Source: the human T2T-CHM13v2.0 reference genome, Homo sapiens. From it: a stretch of 64,000 nt of DNA. The notes under the pieces are model-generated. The model saw nothing but the letters and a program-made list of their open reading frames with translations. It did not search any database and was not told where the DNA came from. Shown piece by piece: positions 1 through 16,041 of the stretch. The stretch lies in the NCBI RefSeq assembly GCF_009914755.1, contig NC_060929.1; one strand, 5' to 3'. The position numbers were made by a program, and so were the translations under genes. The first letter of the stretch is position 1, and each line of letters starts with the position of its first letter.

Positions 1-195
1 AATCTGATCATTCTGATCTAATCTGATCATTTAATAACACTAAATAAAACCTTCATCTCACATTCTTTGGCTGTTTCTTTTAAAATATGGGTTTACGGAT
101 AAATCAAATAAATTCAAAACAAAGTAATAAGCAAATGATTTTTTTTTCTCAGTAATCTAGTAGAGTATTACATTTAGAAGTAATCTGTATCTCAG

Positions 196-235
196 TGCAG
201 TAACTATTTAGGACTGTAAGCGCCGCTGTTCACCT
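196..235 (+). promoter_or_regulatory. PCDHGA8 promoter conserved sequence element (CSE, CTCF site)
   Basis: TGCAGTAAC...GGACTGTAAGCGCCGCTGTTCACC; CGCT box at 224-227, 230 bp upstream of ATG; same motif precedes every variable exon. Confidence 0.9.
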
Positions 236-453
236 ACTGGAAGACAAATGCAACCGAAAACACTCAGATCTCACACCTCACGAAGACCCGCAGATGCCAC
301 AAACTAACTGCTGGACTGCAGCGAAACCCGACCCCTGTTTGGAGGCACTCCAGGTTTCCGGAGGATTGTCATCTCCATAGCTGCGGCAAGAAACTAAATA
401 AGACCCATTTATGCACAGTGAAGATTCTGAGAGGATTCTGCAGCAAAACAACA

Positions 454-2877
454 ATGGCCGCTCCACAGAGTCGCCCCAGACGCGGCGAGCTGATCCTGCT
501 GTGCGCGCTGCTGGGAACGCTGTGGGAAATCGGGAGGGGACAGATTCGCTACTCTGTGCCAGAAGAGACGGACAAAGGCTCCTTCGTGGGTAATATCTCC
601 AAGGACCTGGGGCTGGACCCCCGGAAGCTGGCGAAGCACGGAGTCCGTATCGTCTCCAGAGGTAGGACGCAGCTCTTTGCTCTGAACCCGCGCAGCGGCA
701 GCTTGATCACCGCGGGCAGGATAGATCGGGAGGAGCTCTGCGCTCAGAGCCCGCGGTGTCTGATAAATATTAACACCCTGGTTGAGGATAAAGGAAAACT
801 CTTTGGGGTAGAAATAGAAATAATTGATATTAACGATAATAACCCAAAATTCCAGGTCGAAGATCTAGAAGTAAAAATTAACGAAATCGCGGTTCCTGGA
901 GCACGTTATCCACTCCCAGAAGCTGTTGACCCGGATGTGGGCGTGAACTCCCTCCAGAGCTACCAGCTCAGCCCCAATCACCACTTCTCCCTGGACGTGC
1001 AGACTGGAGACAATGGAGCCATAAACCCAGAGCTGGTGCTGGAGCGCGCCCTGGACAGGGAGGAAGAGGCTGCTCACCACCTGGTCCTCACGGCCTCGGA
1101 TGGCGGCAAGCCGCCTCGCTCTAGCACAGTGCGCATCCACGTGACAGTGTTGGATACAAATGACAATGCCCCGGTTTTTCCTCACCCGATTTACCGAGTG
1201 AAAGTCCTTGAGAACATGCCCCCAGGCACGCGGCTGCTTACTGTAACAGCCAGCGACCCGGATGAGGGAATCAACGGAAAAGTGGCATACAAATTCCGGA
1301 AAATTAATGAAAAACAAACTCCGTTATTCCAGCTTAATGAAAATACTGGGGAAATATCAATAGCAAAAAGTCTAGATTATGAAGAATGTTCATTTTATGA
1401 AATGGAAATACAAGCCGAAGATGTGGGGGCACTTCTGGGGAGGACCAAATTGCTCATTTCGGTGGAAGATGTAAATGACAATAGACCAGAAGTGATCATT
1501 ACGTCTTTGTTTAGCCCAGTGTTAGAAAATTCTCTTCCCGGGACAGTAATTGCCTTCTTGAGTGTGCATGACCAAGACTCTGGAAAGAATGGTCAAGTTG
1601 TCTGTTACACACGTGATAATTTACCTTTTAAATTAGAAAAGTCAATAGGTAATTATTATAGATTAGTGACAAGGAAATATTTGGACCGAGAAAATGTCTC
1701 TATCTACAATATCACAGTGATGGCCTCAGATCTAGGAACACCACCTCTGTCCACTGAAACTCAAATCGCTCTGCACGTGGCAGACATTAACGACAACCCT
1801 CCTACTTTCCCTCATGCCTCCTACTCAGCGTATATCCTAGAGAACAACCTGAGAGGAGCCTCCATCTTTTCCTTGACTGCACACGACCCCGACAGCCAGG
1901 AGAATGCCCAGGTCACTTACTCTGTGACCGAGGACACGCTGCAGGGGGCGCCCCTGTCCTCGTATATCTCCATCAACTCTGACACCGGTGTCCTGTATGC
2001 GCTGCAATCTTTCGACTATGAGCAGATCCGAGACCTGCAGCTACTGGTAACAGCCAGCGACAGCGGGGACCCGCCCCTCAGCAGCAACATGTCACTGAGC
2101 CTGTTCGTGCTGGACCAGAATGACAACGCGCCCGAGATCCTGTACCCCGCCCTCCCCACAGACGGTTCCACTGGCGTGGAGCTGGCGCCCCGCTCCGCAG
2201 AGCGTGGCTACCTGGTGACCAAGGTGGTGGCGGTGGACAGAGACTCGGGCCAGAACGCCTGGCTGTCCTACCGCCTGCTCAAGGCCAGCGAGCCGGGACT
2301 CTTCTCGGTGGGTCTGCACACGGGCGAGGTGCGCACGGCGCGAGCCCTGCTGGACAGAGACGCGCTCAAGCAGAGCCTCGTGGTGGCCGTCCAGGACCAT
2401 GGCCAGCCCCCTCTCTCCGCCACTGTCACGCTCACCGTAGCCGTGGCTGACAGCATCCCCGAAGTCCTGACCGAGTTGGGCAGTCTGAAGCCTTCGGTCG
2501 ACCCGAACGATTCGAGCCTTACACTCTATCTCGTGGTGGCAGTGGCTGCCATCTCCTGTGTCTTCCTCGCCTTTGTCGCTGTGCTTCTGGGGCTCAGGCT
2601 GAGGCGCTGGCACAAGTCACGCCTGCTCCAGGATTCCGGTGGCAGATTGGTAGGCGTGCCTGCCTCACATTTTGTGGGTGTTGAGGAGGTACAGGCTTTC
2701 CTGCAGACCTATTCCCAGGAAGTCTCCCTCACCGCCGACTCGCGGAAGAGTCACCTGATCTTTCCCCAGCCCAACTACGCAGACATGCTCATCAGTCAGG
2801 AGGGCTGTGAGAAAAATGATTCTTTGTTAACATCCGTAGATTTTCATGAATATAAGAATGAAGCTGATCATGGTCAG
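454..2877 (+). CDS. PCDHGA8: Protocadherin gamma A8 variable exon (signal peptide, EC1-6, TM, variable cytoplasmic domain)
   Basis: [17 protein letters not shown]-terminus; DRE/DxNDNxP cadherin motifs; 808 codons ending at CAG|GTGAGT donor; position in cluster order. Confidence 0.93.
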
Positions 2878-3182
2878 GTGAGTTTAGTTCTTTGCTTGCT
2901 TTTAATTTCCAGATGAATTTTATTTGGCATAAATTATGTTTTGAAAAACATTGTGAAGATAGTTGAAAATAATTTTTAAGGTGTATCACAGAGTTTTGGG
3001 TTTATTTTGGTGGTGTTACTATAAAATTGAACTCTAATAGTCATAGGTTATTGTTTCATTTGCTTTTAAACGACTTGGAAAAGATTGTTCAACCATTTTA
3101 AGCCTTCCAGTATTTTATTCCTATTATCACTCATTCACTTAAGAAGTACCTACCCGTCCATACTGGTAATTTTGCTATTGTT

Positions 3183-3186
<4 letters not shown>

Positions 3187-3227
<41 letters not shown>
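3187..3227. repeat. (TG)n microsatellite
   Basis: ~20 perfect TG units. Confidence 0.95.
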
Positions 3228-3229
<2 letters not shown>

Positions 3230-3807
3230 CCCAAACTAGAACTTCAGAAAATTATCAAGAAATCTAAAGCCTTGTTATTAGCTTAGCAAAAGTAAAATAT
3301 ATCTCAGAATTTTTAGGGTTATGTTTAGCATTTGAACCTGTAACTAGGCTCTTGTAGATTTCTTCACTTTAAACCTCTTTTCTGAGCCCTGTTTCTGTAC
3401 CAGTGCCCTTCAAAACTTTAATACTTCTTACCGTCCTTCAAAACATGAACAAACTTTAAAGATGGATCTTGGTGGGAGATGAGACTGGTTACTAAATATT
3501 AAGTATGTGAGTCAGTGGTCACCTGGGCTCCATGCCCATGGAGACATGAAATCTAAAGCCTAGAATGTCCATTGCTCCCCCAAACAAAAAACAAAAGCAA
3601 AAACATTAGATCTGAATTAAAATGTAATTTTAAACTGTTGAAAGTGACTTTTGTAAAATATGTAAGAACATATTTCAATACAATTCCAATTAGCTGTTTC
3701 GGTTGTGCATTGATGTGAAGTGGTGAGAATGTTGATATTAAGAACCAATGTTTCAGGTACACAAGTTCTAAATAAGCTGATCAATTCAATTAAAGTTATT
3801 CAGTCTT

Positions 3808-3963
3808 GGCTGGACACAGTGCCTCATGTCTGAAATCCCAGCACTTTGGGAGGCTGGGGCAGGAGGACCGCTTGAGCCCCGGGGGTTTGAAACTGCAGTG
3901 AGCTATGATCATGCCACTGCACTCCAGCCTAGGTGGCAGAACTAGACCCTGTCTCTAAAAAAA
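3808..3963 (+). mobile_element. Alu monomer (FAM/FRAM-like)
   Basis: Single diverged Alu arm ending in short A-tail. Confidence 0.75.
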
Positions 3964-3972
3964 CTATTATTA

Positions 3973-4269
<297 letters not shown>

Positions 4270-5485
4270 CTAATATTAATAGTAAAAACTCGGTATAGGC
4301 TATCCATTATTGTATTCCTGCATACATTCTTGTAGCATTTGAATAAAGCTAATACCTGAATTGATTGTTGTAAGGTAGAAGTAGATGACCCAATAAATGT
4401 TTGTTATTAATGAAAAGGACATTTCCTAAGGATTGTGTAGTGTTCTACTGTATGGTGCATATTCAGTGGAGTGGGAGTTAACTTCATAGTTTGTGTACCA
4501 TTTGGATGCACATTTGAGAGGACAACATATTATTGGCACTTTGCAATTTTAAAAACTCAGATGAAAGTTGCCCTGGTAGGAAAGAAAATCCTTACTCTCC
4601 CTAAAAATGTTGGCTAGTTGTTTTTATTAATCTGACAAATGGACTAAAGAAGGTTGACCAATGTCCACAAATTTATGTAAATGAACTTATGAGCTTCATT
4701 TATCCAATTCCAAAGTCATTTCAGATAGGATAATAATGCAATCCACTAGAATATCCCTTTGTACCTTGTATTGCAGAATAGATAAGCATTTCCCCAATAA
4801 CTCTTAAGAATGAATTTATGTACTGTAAAAGATATGACATAAGAGAAGTATTTTGAGATATGAAGAAGAGCAACGTAGTAGGGTATATCATTTCTTAGCT
4901 ACATCATATGGGCAGTATACTTGAATGAATATTTCCTGAAGTAGAAGAGTAAAGAAAAATTATTTTTATAAAGAATGTTAATATAGTCAGGAAGAGGAGA
5001 TGTTTGGGGATTGGTATAAAATTGCCACAACTTTACAAAATAGTTTTAAATAGTATAGATTTCCCTAATATGTGTAATATAAAACACTAGAAATATTGGG
5101 GAGTTGGAAATCATAGAAATGAACAGAAGAATGATAAAATTGTTTCCATAGCTAATAAAAAATGAATTTTTGAAATCAGTATAGTATGAAGGCTCTGAGA
5201 GCAAGAACTGTATCATATTAATTATTATATTGCCAGTGACAAGGGCAATACTTAGTTCTAGCTAAGAGTTCAAGGTATGTTTGCAGAATGGTGAAAGAAT
5301 GGACCAATGTATGCAGGTTTGTATAAAAACCCAACGTGATATTTCTAACAATTTGGAAAACAGAGAAAGATACCTTAAAGAAGTTGTTATAATTTTTTAT
5401 TAAGTATATGGACGTAAAAACTTGGCTTGTTAAGTTAGGCACACAAAAACAATTACTGCACTGGTTAACTTGAAGCCGCAGAGGC

Positions 5486-5527
5486 TGTAGTTTCCTAGTG
5501 CTGACTCTGGGCGCCGCTGTTGGCCAA
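5486..5527 (+). promoter_or_regulatory. PCDHGB5 promoter CSE (CTCF site)
   Basis: TGTAGTTTCC...GACTCTGGGCGCCGCTGTTGGCCA; CGCT 5515-5518. Confidence 0.88.
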
Positions 5528-5763
5528 AGTGCAGAGCTTGGCGCTCCAGATCTCCTCGCGCAGCCGCAGCGCGCTTTCCAGGGCAGCCCCAGCTCAGACT
5601 CCCCAGCGCCGGCCTTTACACCGCTTCCTCCTCGGAAAAAGAATCTTTTCCTAAACTGGAACTGGAACTAAAGCCCGTTCGGAGATCCAAAAATCTACAA
5701 TACAGAGGTTATTTGTAACCTGGCGTCTCCAGGCTGGTGAGCAAGCTGAGGAGAGCAAGAGGG

Positions 5764-8160
5764 ATGGGGAGCGGCGCCGGGGAGCTGGGCCGGGCTGAGA
5801 GGCTGCCAGTGCTCTTTCTCTTCCTGCTGTCTTTGTTCTGCCCGGCGCTCTGTGAGCAGATCCGCTACAGGATTCCCGAGGAAATGCCCAAGGGCTCCGT
5901 AGTGGGGAACCTCGCCACGGACCTGGGGTTCAGCGTCCAGGAGTTACCGACTCGAAAACTGCGCGTCAGTTCGGAGAAGCCTTACTTCACCGTGAGCGCA
6001 GAGAGCGGGGAGTTGCTTGTGAGCAGCAGGCTAGACAGGGAGGAGATATGCGGGAAGAAGCCAGCTTGTGCTCTGGAATTTGAGGCTGTTGCTGAAAATC
6101 CACTGAACTTTTATCACGTGAATGTGGAGATCGAGGACATTAATGACCACACGCCAAAATTCACGCAAAATTCCTTTGAGCTGCAAATAAGTGAGTCTGC
6201 ACAGCCTGGCACAAGATTTATACTAGAAGTAGCAGAAGATGCAGATATTGGCTTAAACTCTCTGCAGAAGTATAAACTCTCTCTTAACCCAAGTTTCTCA
6301 TTAATAATTAAGGAGAAACAGGATGGTAGTAAATACCCGGAACTGGCACTGGAGAAAACCTTAGACCGGGAACAACAGAGTTACCATCGTTTAGTCCTGA
6401 CTGCCTTGGACGGTGGACATCCACCCCTAAGCGGCACCACTGAGCTCCGGATCCAGGTAACCGACGCCAATGATAATCCCCCGGTATTCAACCGAGACGT
6501 GTACAGAGTCAGCCTTCGGGAAAACGTGCCACCAGGCACCACTGTGTTGCAAGTGTCAGCCACTGACCAAGACGAGGGCATCAACTCAGAAATTACTTAT
6601 TCCTTCTACAGAACCGGGCAAATCTTTAGTCTGAATTCAAAGAGCGGAGAAATTACCACTCAAAAGAAACTGGATTTTGAAGAGACCAAGGAATATTCAA
6701 TGGTTGTAGAAGGGAGGGATGGTGGTGGACTGGTTGCACAATGTACAGTTGAAATTAATATTCAAGATGAAAATGACAATAGCCCAGAAGTTACATTCCA
6801 TTCTCTACTTGAAATGATTCTGGAAAACGCGGTGCCTGGAACACTAATTGCTTTGATCAAAATACATGACCAAGATTCTGGGGAAAATGGGGAGGTTAAT
6901 TGTCAATTACAAGGCGAAGTCCCTTTTAAGATTATCTCTTCATCCAAAAATTCGTATAAGTTGGTAACAGATGGAACCCTAGACCGAGAGCAAACCCCGG
7001 AGTACAATGTCACCATCACAGCCACAGACAGGGGCAAGCCGCCCCTCTCCTCCAGCATAAGCGTCATCCTACATATCAGAGACGTCAACGATAACGCTCC
7101 GGTTTTCCACCAGGCGTCCTACTTAGTCAGTGTACCCGAAAACAACCCTCCTGGGGCCTCCATCGCGCAAGTCTGCGCCTCGGACCTGGACTTGGGGTTG
7201 AACGGCCAAGTCTCCTACTCTATCATGGCCAGCGACCTAGAGCCTCTGGCACTGGCCTCTTACGTGTCCATGAGCGCGCAAAGTGGGGTGGTGTTCGCGC
7301 AGCGCGCCTTTGACTACGAGCAGCTGCGCACCTTCGAACTCACACTACAGGCCCGCGACCAGGGCTCGCCTGCGCTCAGCGCAAACGTGAGCCTGCGCGT
7401 GTTGGTGGGCGACCGAAACGACAACGCACCGCGGGTGCTGTACCCCGCGCTGGGTCCCGACGGCTCTGCGCTCTTCGATATGGTGCCGCGCGCTGCAGAG
7501 CCCGGCTACCTGGTGACCAAGGTAGTGGCCGTGGACGCAGACTCAGGACACAACGCCTGGCTGTCCTACCACGTGCTGCAGGCTAGCGAGCCCGGGCTCT
7601 TCAGCCTGGGGCTGCGCACAGGAGAGGTGCGCACAGCGCGTGCCTTGGGCGACAGGGACGCGGCCCGCCAGCGCCTGCTGGTTGCTGTGCGTGATGGTGG
7701 ACAGCCGCCACTCTCCGCCACCGCCACGCTGCACTTGGTCTTTGCTGACAGCTTGCAGGAGGTGCTGCCGGATATCACTGACCGCCCTGTACCCTCTGAC
7801 CCCCAGGCTGAGCTGCAGTTTTACCTAGTGGTGGCCTTGGCCTTGATCTCAGTGCTCTTCCTCCTGGCCGTGATTCTGGCCGTTGCCTTGCGCCTGCGAC
7901 GCTCCTCCAGCCCTGCCGCCTGGAGCTGCTTCCAACCTGGTCTCTGTGTCAAGTCTGGACCTGTGGTTCCCCCCAACTACAGTCAGGGGACTTTGCCTTA
8001 TTCCTACAACCTATGTGTTGCACATACAGGAAAGACGGAGTTTAATTTCCTAAAATGTAGTGAGCAATTGAGTTCAGGACAAGACATACTTTGTGGTGAT
8101 TCATCTGGGGCCTTATTTCCACTTTGTAATTCCAGCGAGTCGACTTCCCATCCTGAGTTG
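5764..8160 (+). CDS. PCDHGB5: Protocadherin gamma B5 variable exon
   Basis: MGSGAGELGRAERLPVLF start; six cadherin repeats + TM; 799 codons ending TTG|GTGAGT. Confidence 0.92.
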
Positions 8161-8697
8161 GTGAGTTTCATTTATGTCTATTCTTTTTCATTACCCACCC
8201 AATTTTCTGTATTTACATGAAACTATCGTACATTTTCAAGTCCAATGAGTTGTCTTAGGGAAGTCAGAGCTGCTCAGAAAGCTGTCCTACCATTCTTTAA
8301 GAGGAGCAGTAAATTGTGAGTTTTTATGTCGCATAAAAGAAGTAGCCTTATAGATTTACAAAGTAGTGAGAGTTTGCTCTTAGCTTCCTATCTAGCAAAA
8401 ACATTTGGTGCGTTTTTTTGTCCTCTTTCTCAAAGCTAATGAATTTTACCTATTCGTTGTCTCATTCTTTAACATGTTTATATTTTATTGTATGTAGATA
8501 AACCATTAAATTTAATGTATGTAATCATTTAATTCATCTTTTAAAGCAAAGAAACTGCTAGTAGATGTCTTTCTTCACTGATTTCACTGGTAGTTTTCAT
8601 CTCTTTCTTATGTTCCTCATATATGCTTTCTTATTCCTACCTAATAGATTTATGATTTTTTGAATCTCCTAAAATTTTATTAAAAATACTATATGTT

Positions 8698-9019
<322 letters not shown>

Positions 9020-10337
9020 CTACATGTTATGTGTATGAGAGAGAAAGAGAGAGACTGATTCACTGAACTTAGAAGGTCCAAATCATCCAAATAATTTTCT
9101 AAGTTTATCCAGGTTTTCTTGGATGCAAAATCCTTTTCCACCTCTATATAATTACCAGAAGAAACTTACAAAAAAAAGGAAATGCTATTGCCTGAATTTC
9201 TCTTGCTCGGAATCCTGACATATTCTTGAAGAAGGGGAAAAAGACACCGGATTTGTCTTATCGTTTGGAGCTTTAAATATAAATGACTGGATGTTTTCTC
9301 AACATCCTTGTAGGATGGAAGGTGAATACAGGATTATTCCATTTTTAAGACAAAAACTACTAGTCTTGTGTACATACAAAGCTCCCATTACATGGTATAA
9401 GTCTTTTGCTTGGTTTCCCTTAGTATGTGATTCAGTAAATGGGTTCCTTACAAAGTGCTGAGATTTCTTATAATACCACTTACTTTTAACCTTTCAGTAG
9501 TTTTCTTTGTTGTATATTTTGTGTTCTTTTTCCCAAATTATTATATAAGTTTAAGTGATGCTTAGAATAATGTTTAAGACCACTTTAAAATTGCATAATT
9601 TATTGATGAAGGATTAAAATAGAAACTTGCTTTTCAGTGTATATGCATTTGAATCATTGAAACACAGTCTGTGCATGCATTACATATTCACATTAAAAAA
9701 CTAAGCATTTTTGAAATAGCAGAAAAGTTTAAGCAATTACAAAAATGTGAAAATTTCCAACTTTAATCCTGTTAATATTTAGCAATATTAGGCGAGAACA
9801 TCTGTAACTATTGCTGAATTAATATTACTTTTATAATACAAAAATTTAAAATAAACGTTTTTCCAGGAATTTTATCATCAAAATAAACCCCAGAAAATAA
9901 TTTCAAAGTGGATAATCTATCCTTATATATGTATTAATACAATTATATATTTTACATTTACAAATATATAGGTATAAAAATTAAAAATGAATGTACTTCC
10001 AAACAAGATTGCACATAAAAATTACTTCAGAAAATTGTTAAGATACACAGAAAAAATTGAAGCATCATAAAAAGGAAATTATAATAGTTTACATATCTAG
10101 AAATAGAGTGCAAAGTTCTACCAAGAATAAGAATAAATTAATATTAAGCAATGGTTTGTGATTTTATAATACACTTACAGAAATTTTATTCCACTTTATT
10201 TACAACTCAGATATCTAAAAAATAGATTGCTTTTGAAATACAAATGCAAGAAACAATTGGAGAAATCTAAAATCATAATTAGAAGAGAGTAGTGTTTTCT
10301 TTATCAGCCATCTGATATAATGTTACACATCAGTGGG

Positions 10338-10379
10338 TGTAGTAACGGCTTAGGACTCTGAGCGCCGCTGTTGATCAAC
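10338..10379 (+). promoter_or_regulatory. PCDHGA9 promoter CSE (CTCF site)
   Basis: TGTAGTAAC...GGACTCTGAGCGCCGCTGTTGATC; CGCT 10366-10369. Confidence 0.9.
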
Positions 10380-10588
10380 TCTAAGCGAAAATCAGGACTC
10401 CATCCGGATTTCCAGTTCTGCGGCTACACAAAACCCGGCAGATACCACAAACCTGCTCCCAGGCTGCAGCAAAACTCAGCCTCTTTCTTCTAAGGAAAAG
10501 ATCACCATACTTTGCAGGGTGGAAGAAAGAACCTGATGAAGCAGCGCGCACAGAGATCCTTTTGAGAAAATTCCAAAGCGAGGCAGCA

Positions 10589-13432
<2,844 letters not shown>

Positions 13433-13708
13433 TAGCTTTCTCTTTAACTGTCTGTACTTAAGGTAGTATAAGTTGATATCAGTGTGTTTCTCATCACTTT
13501 TCACTGGGCCTAATTGTTGCTCCAACACTGAAAGGAGGCATTTATTAGTTATATTTGCTGATATAACTTTCATGTTCTCATAATAATTAACCTGCTGTCA
13601 ACGTAAACCATACTTCATGGGGTAGCTCTCAGCCTGCATTGATGTGGGCTTTTTGGGTAGGGTTGCTTCATTGGTTGCAGTGGACTCATATCATAAAATT
13701 CTTAGTCC

Positions 13709-13950
13709 TTTTTTTTTTTTTTAAGAGATGGGGGTGTCATTCTGTTGTCCAGGGTGGAATGCAGTGGTGTGGGTAAAGCTTACTGCAGTCTCAATCTCCT
13801 GGGCTTATGCAATCCTCCCACCTCAGCCTTCACAGTAGCTAGGACTGAGGTGGGAGGGCTAGCAAGCTATGTTGCCCAGACTGGTCTCAAACGATCTTCC
13901 TGCTTCAGTTTCCCAAAGCACTGGGTGAGGTGTGAACCACCTCACCCAGC
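13709..13950 (-). mobile_element. Degenerate AluJ-like element
   Basis: Poly-T followed by diverged, internally deleted Alu sequence. Confidence 0.75.
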
Positions 13951-15101
13951 AAATTCTTACTCCTACGATCATTTATTCAGGTCATACTATGTTTGTAAGG
14001 GTAAACTGATAAAAAGGTAAATGTATTCTTCTTAGAGAAACAGCTGAAAGCCCAGATTTATTGCTTCTATTCTTCCATTTCTATGACAGGAAAACACCTC
14101 TTTGAGGTTATATTTTTCAGATCACAAGTGTGTAAAGTCTGTTTGTGTTTACAGATATTTTCTGACAAAGATTCAAACTTCAGTTATCCACTTCCAAACC
14201 CTAGTAAACCAATTTTTTCCCTTTAATGGTGAAAGTTGTCACATCTTTTATTCTCATATCTTCAAAGGTCTTAATTTCCTAATGCTTTAATGTTAAATTA
14301 TGGAGAATAGTAGGACATTCTTCTTTTCTATAGTATATGCTTGCTCAAGAGAAGTTTCTAAGACTGGACACTGTGAAATGACAAAACAAGGAATTAAAAA
14401 TATTTCTCTCACTTATATATTATTTCTGGCTCAATTCTCCAACTTTTGAGTCTAGAAATGAACTTGCATATCAGATATAATTTAAGAAAATATTCTCAGG
14501 AACTGCTGGGAAGATTCTAAAACTATTTTACTGTTTTTAGCTATAAGGAAGAGAATAATGTATTATTTAATGTTATTTTAAACATAGTGTTGTTTCAAAT
14601 AGTAAATAACATTTCACAAGACATTTGAAAATAAGCTTTGAAGTTGACTCAAAATTCTATGCTAAACATGTGATCCATAGATACACTGATGACTGCTGGC
14701 ATTTCTGTGGAAATGAAGAATTGTTTTATTTGTTTGTAATTATTTGGGTTTCAGTTGCTTTATTTTTAAGAAAAAAAAGCTGAAGTGTCTGGGAATCCTT
14801 TATGACATACAGACATTTTAATTATTTCAAACACGTTTTCCCCCTTAAGTGGGTAGCAAAAAAAATAAAGCATACTTCAGGCTCATATTTTTAACCATGC
14901 AACAAGAAAATTGTTACAATTTCTGTTCTGAGGAGTAGCCTTCATACTTAGTATTTATAAATATTGAAATGTATGTTAATTTGGGGAAAACATAACAGAT
15001 ATCCATGAAGGCTTGTATGTCATGGTAGGTAGTTACTATTCGATACCACAAAAATGTCTCTTGCCCTTAAAACCAGAACACGAGGCTCACCAGACAGATG
15101 A

Positions 15102-15387
<286 letters not shown>

Positions 15388-15750
15388 TAGAACATAAGCT
15401 GAAAGATAAAATTCTTGACCTTAATGTCTCATCTTAAAAAGAAGCATTGGTTGACATTCTATATCTCGTATTACTTAAAAATAATGGGGGAGCGCAGTAT
15501 ATATTAAACAAAGATTGGCTTTGTGGTGATCATTGTTGAAGGTGGGGTGATGGCTATGTGAAGGTTCACTATATATACTCCCTACTGTTGTATAAGTTTG
15601 AAATTGTGCATAATAGATTTATTTAAAACACAAAGCATAGAAATATCTACTATAATATTATGGTGAGAGCAAAATTTGAGGGGGATGTACACCTGCATTT
15701 TCGAAGAATATATACATTTCGGAGACCGAATTCAAAATGAAAAACCGGGC

Positions 15751-15790
15751 TGCTGTCCCGCACGGAGCCTCTGGGCGCCGCTGTCGGCCA
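15751..15790 (+). promoter_or_regulatory. PCDHGB6 promoter CSE (CTCF site)
   Basis: TGCTGTCCC...GCCTCTGGGCGCCGCTGTCGGCCA; CGCT 15779-15782. Confidence 0.88.
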
Positions 15791-16041
15791 GTGCAGAGCA
15801 AGCGCTGACGCCGGGGATCCGTCAGCCTCTGGCCTGGGATTCCCTGCGCAGCCAACAACAGAAAGAAGAAAACCAGCTCCCACACAGAGCCTCCCGGCTG
15901 CGCAGACCTTTCCCAGCACAGCGGATTGCCAGCTCCGAGACCCGGGACTCCTCCTGTCCTGGGCCGAATGCTCTTTTAGCGCGGTAGAGTGCACTTTCTC
16001 CAACTGGAAAAGCGGGGACCCAGCGAGAACCCGAGCGAACG

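Noticed and set aside
1-32. Short tandem aatctgatcatt repeat at window start
   Set aside because: Under two units and cut by the window edge; cannot be interpreted
418-453. ORF-track N-terminal extensions from GTG/TTG (also 5737, 10562, 20976, 28969)
   Set aside because: Non-ATG starts from the ORF caller; downstream ATGs give the signal peptides and expected exon lengths
2092-2613. Recurrent antisense ORFs over EC5-EC6 (also 22611-23039, 40093-40602, 30879-31274)
   Set aside because: Shadow frames of GC-rich, homogenised coding sequence; they recur only because the sense exons are paralogous
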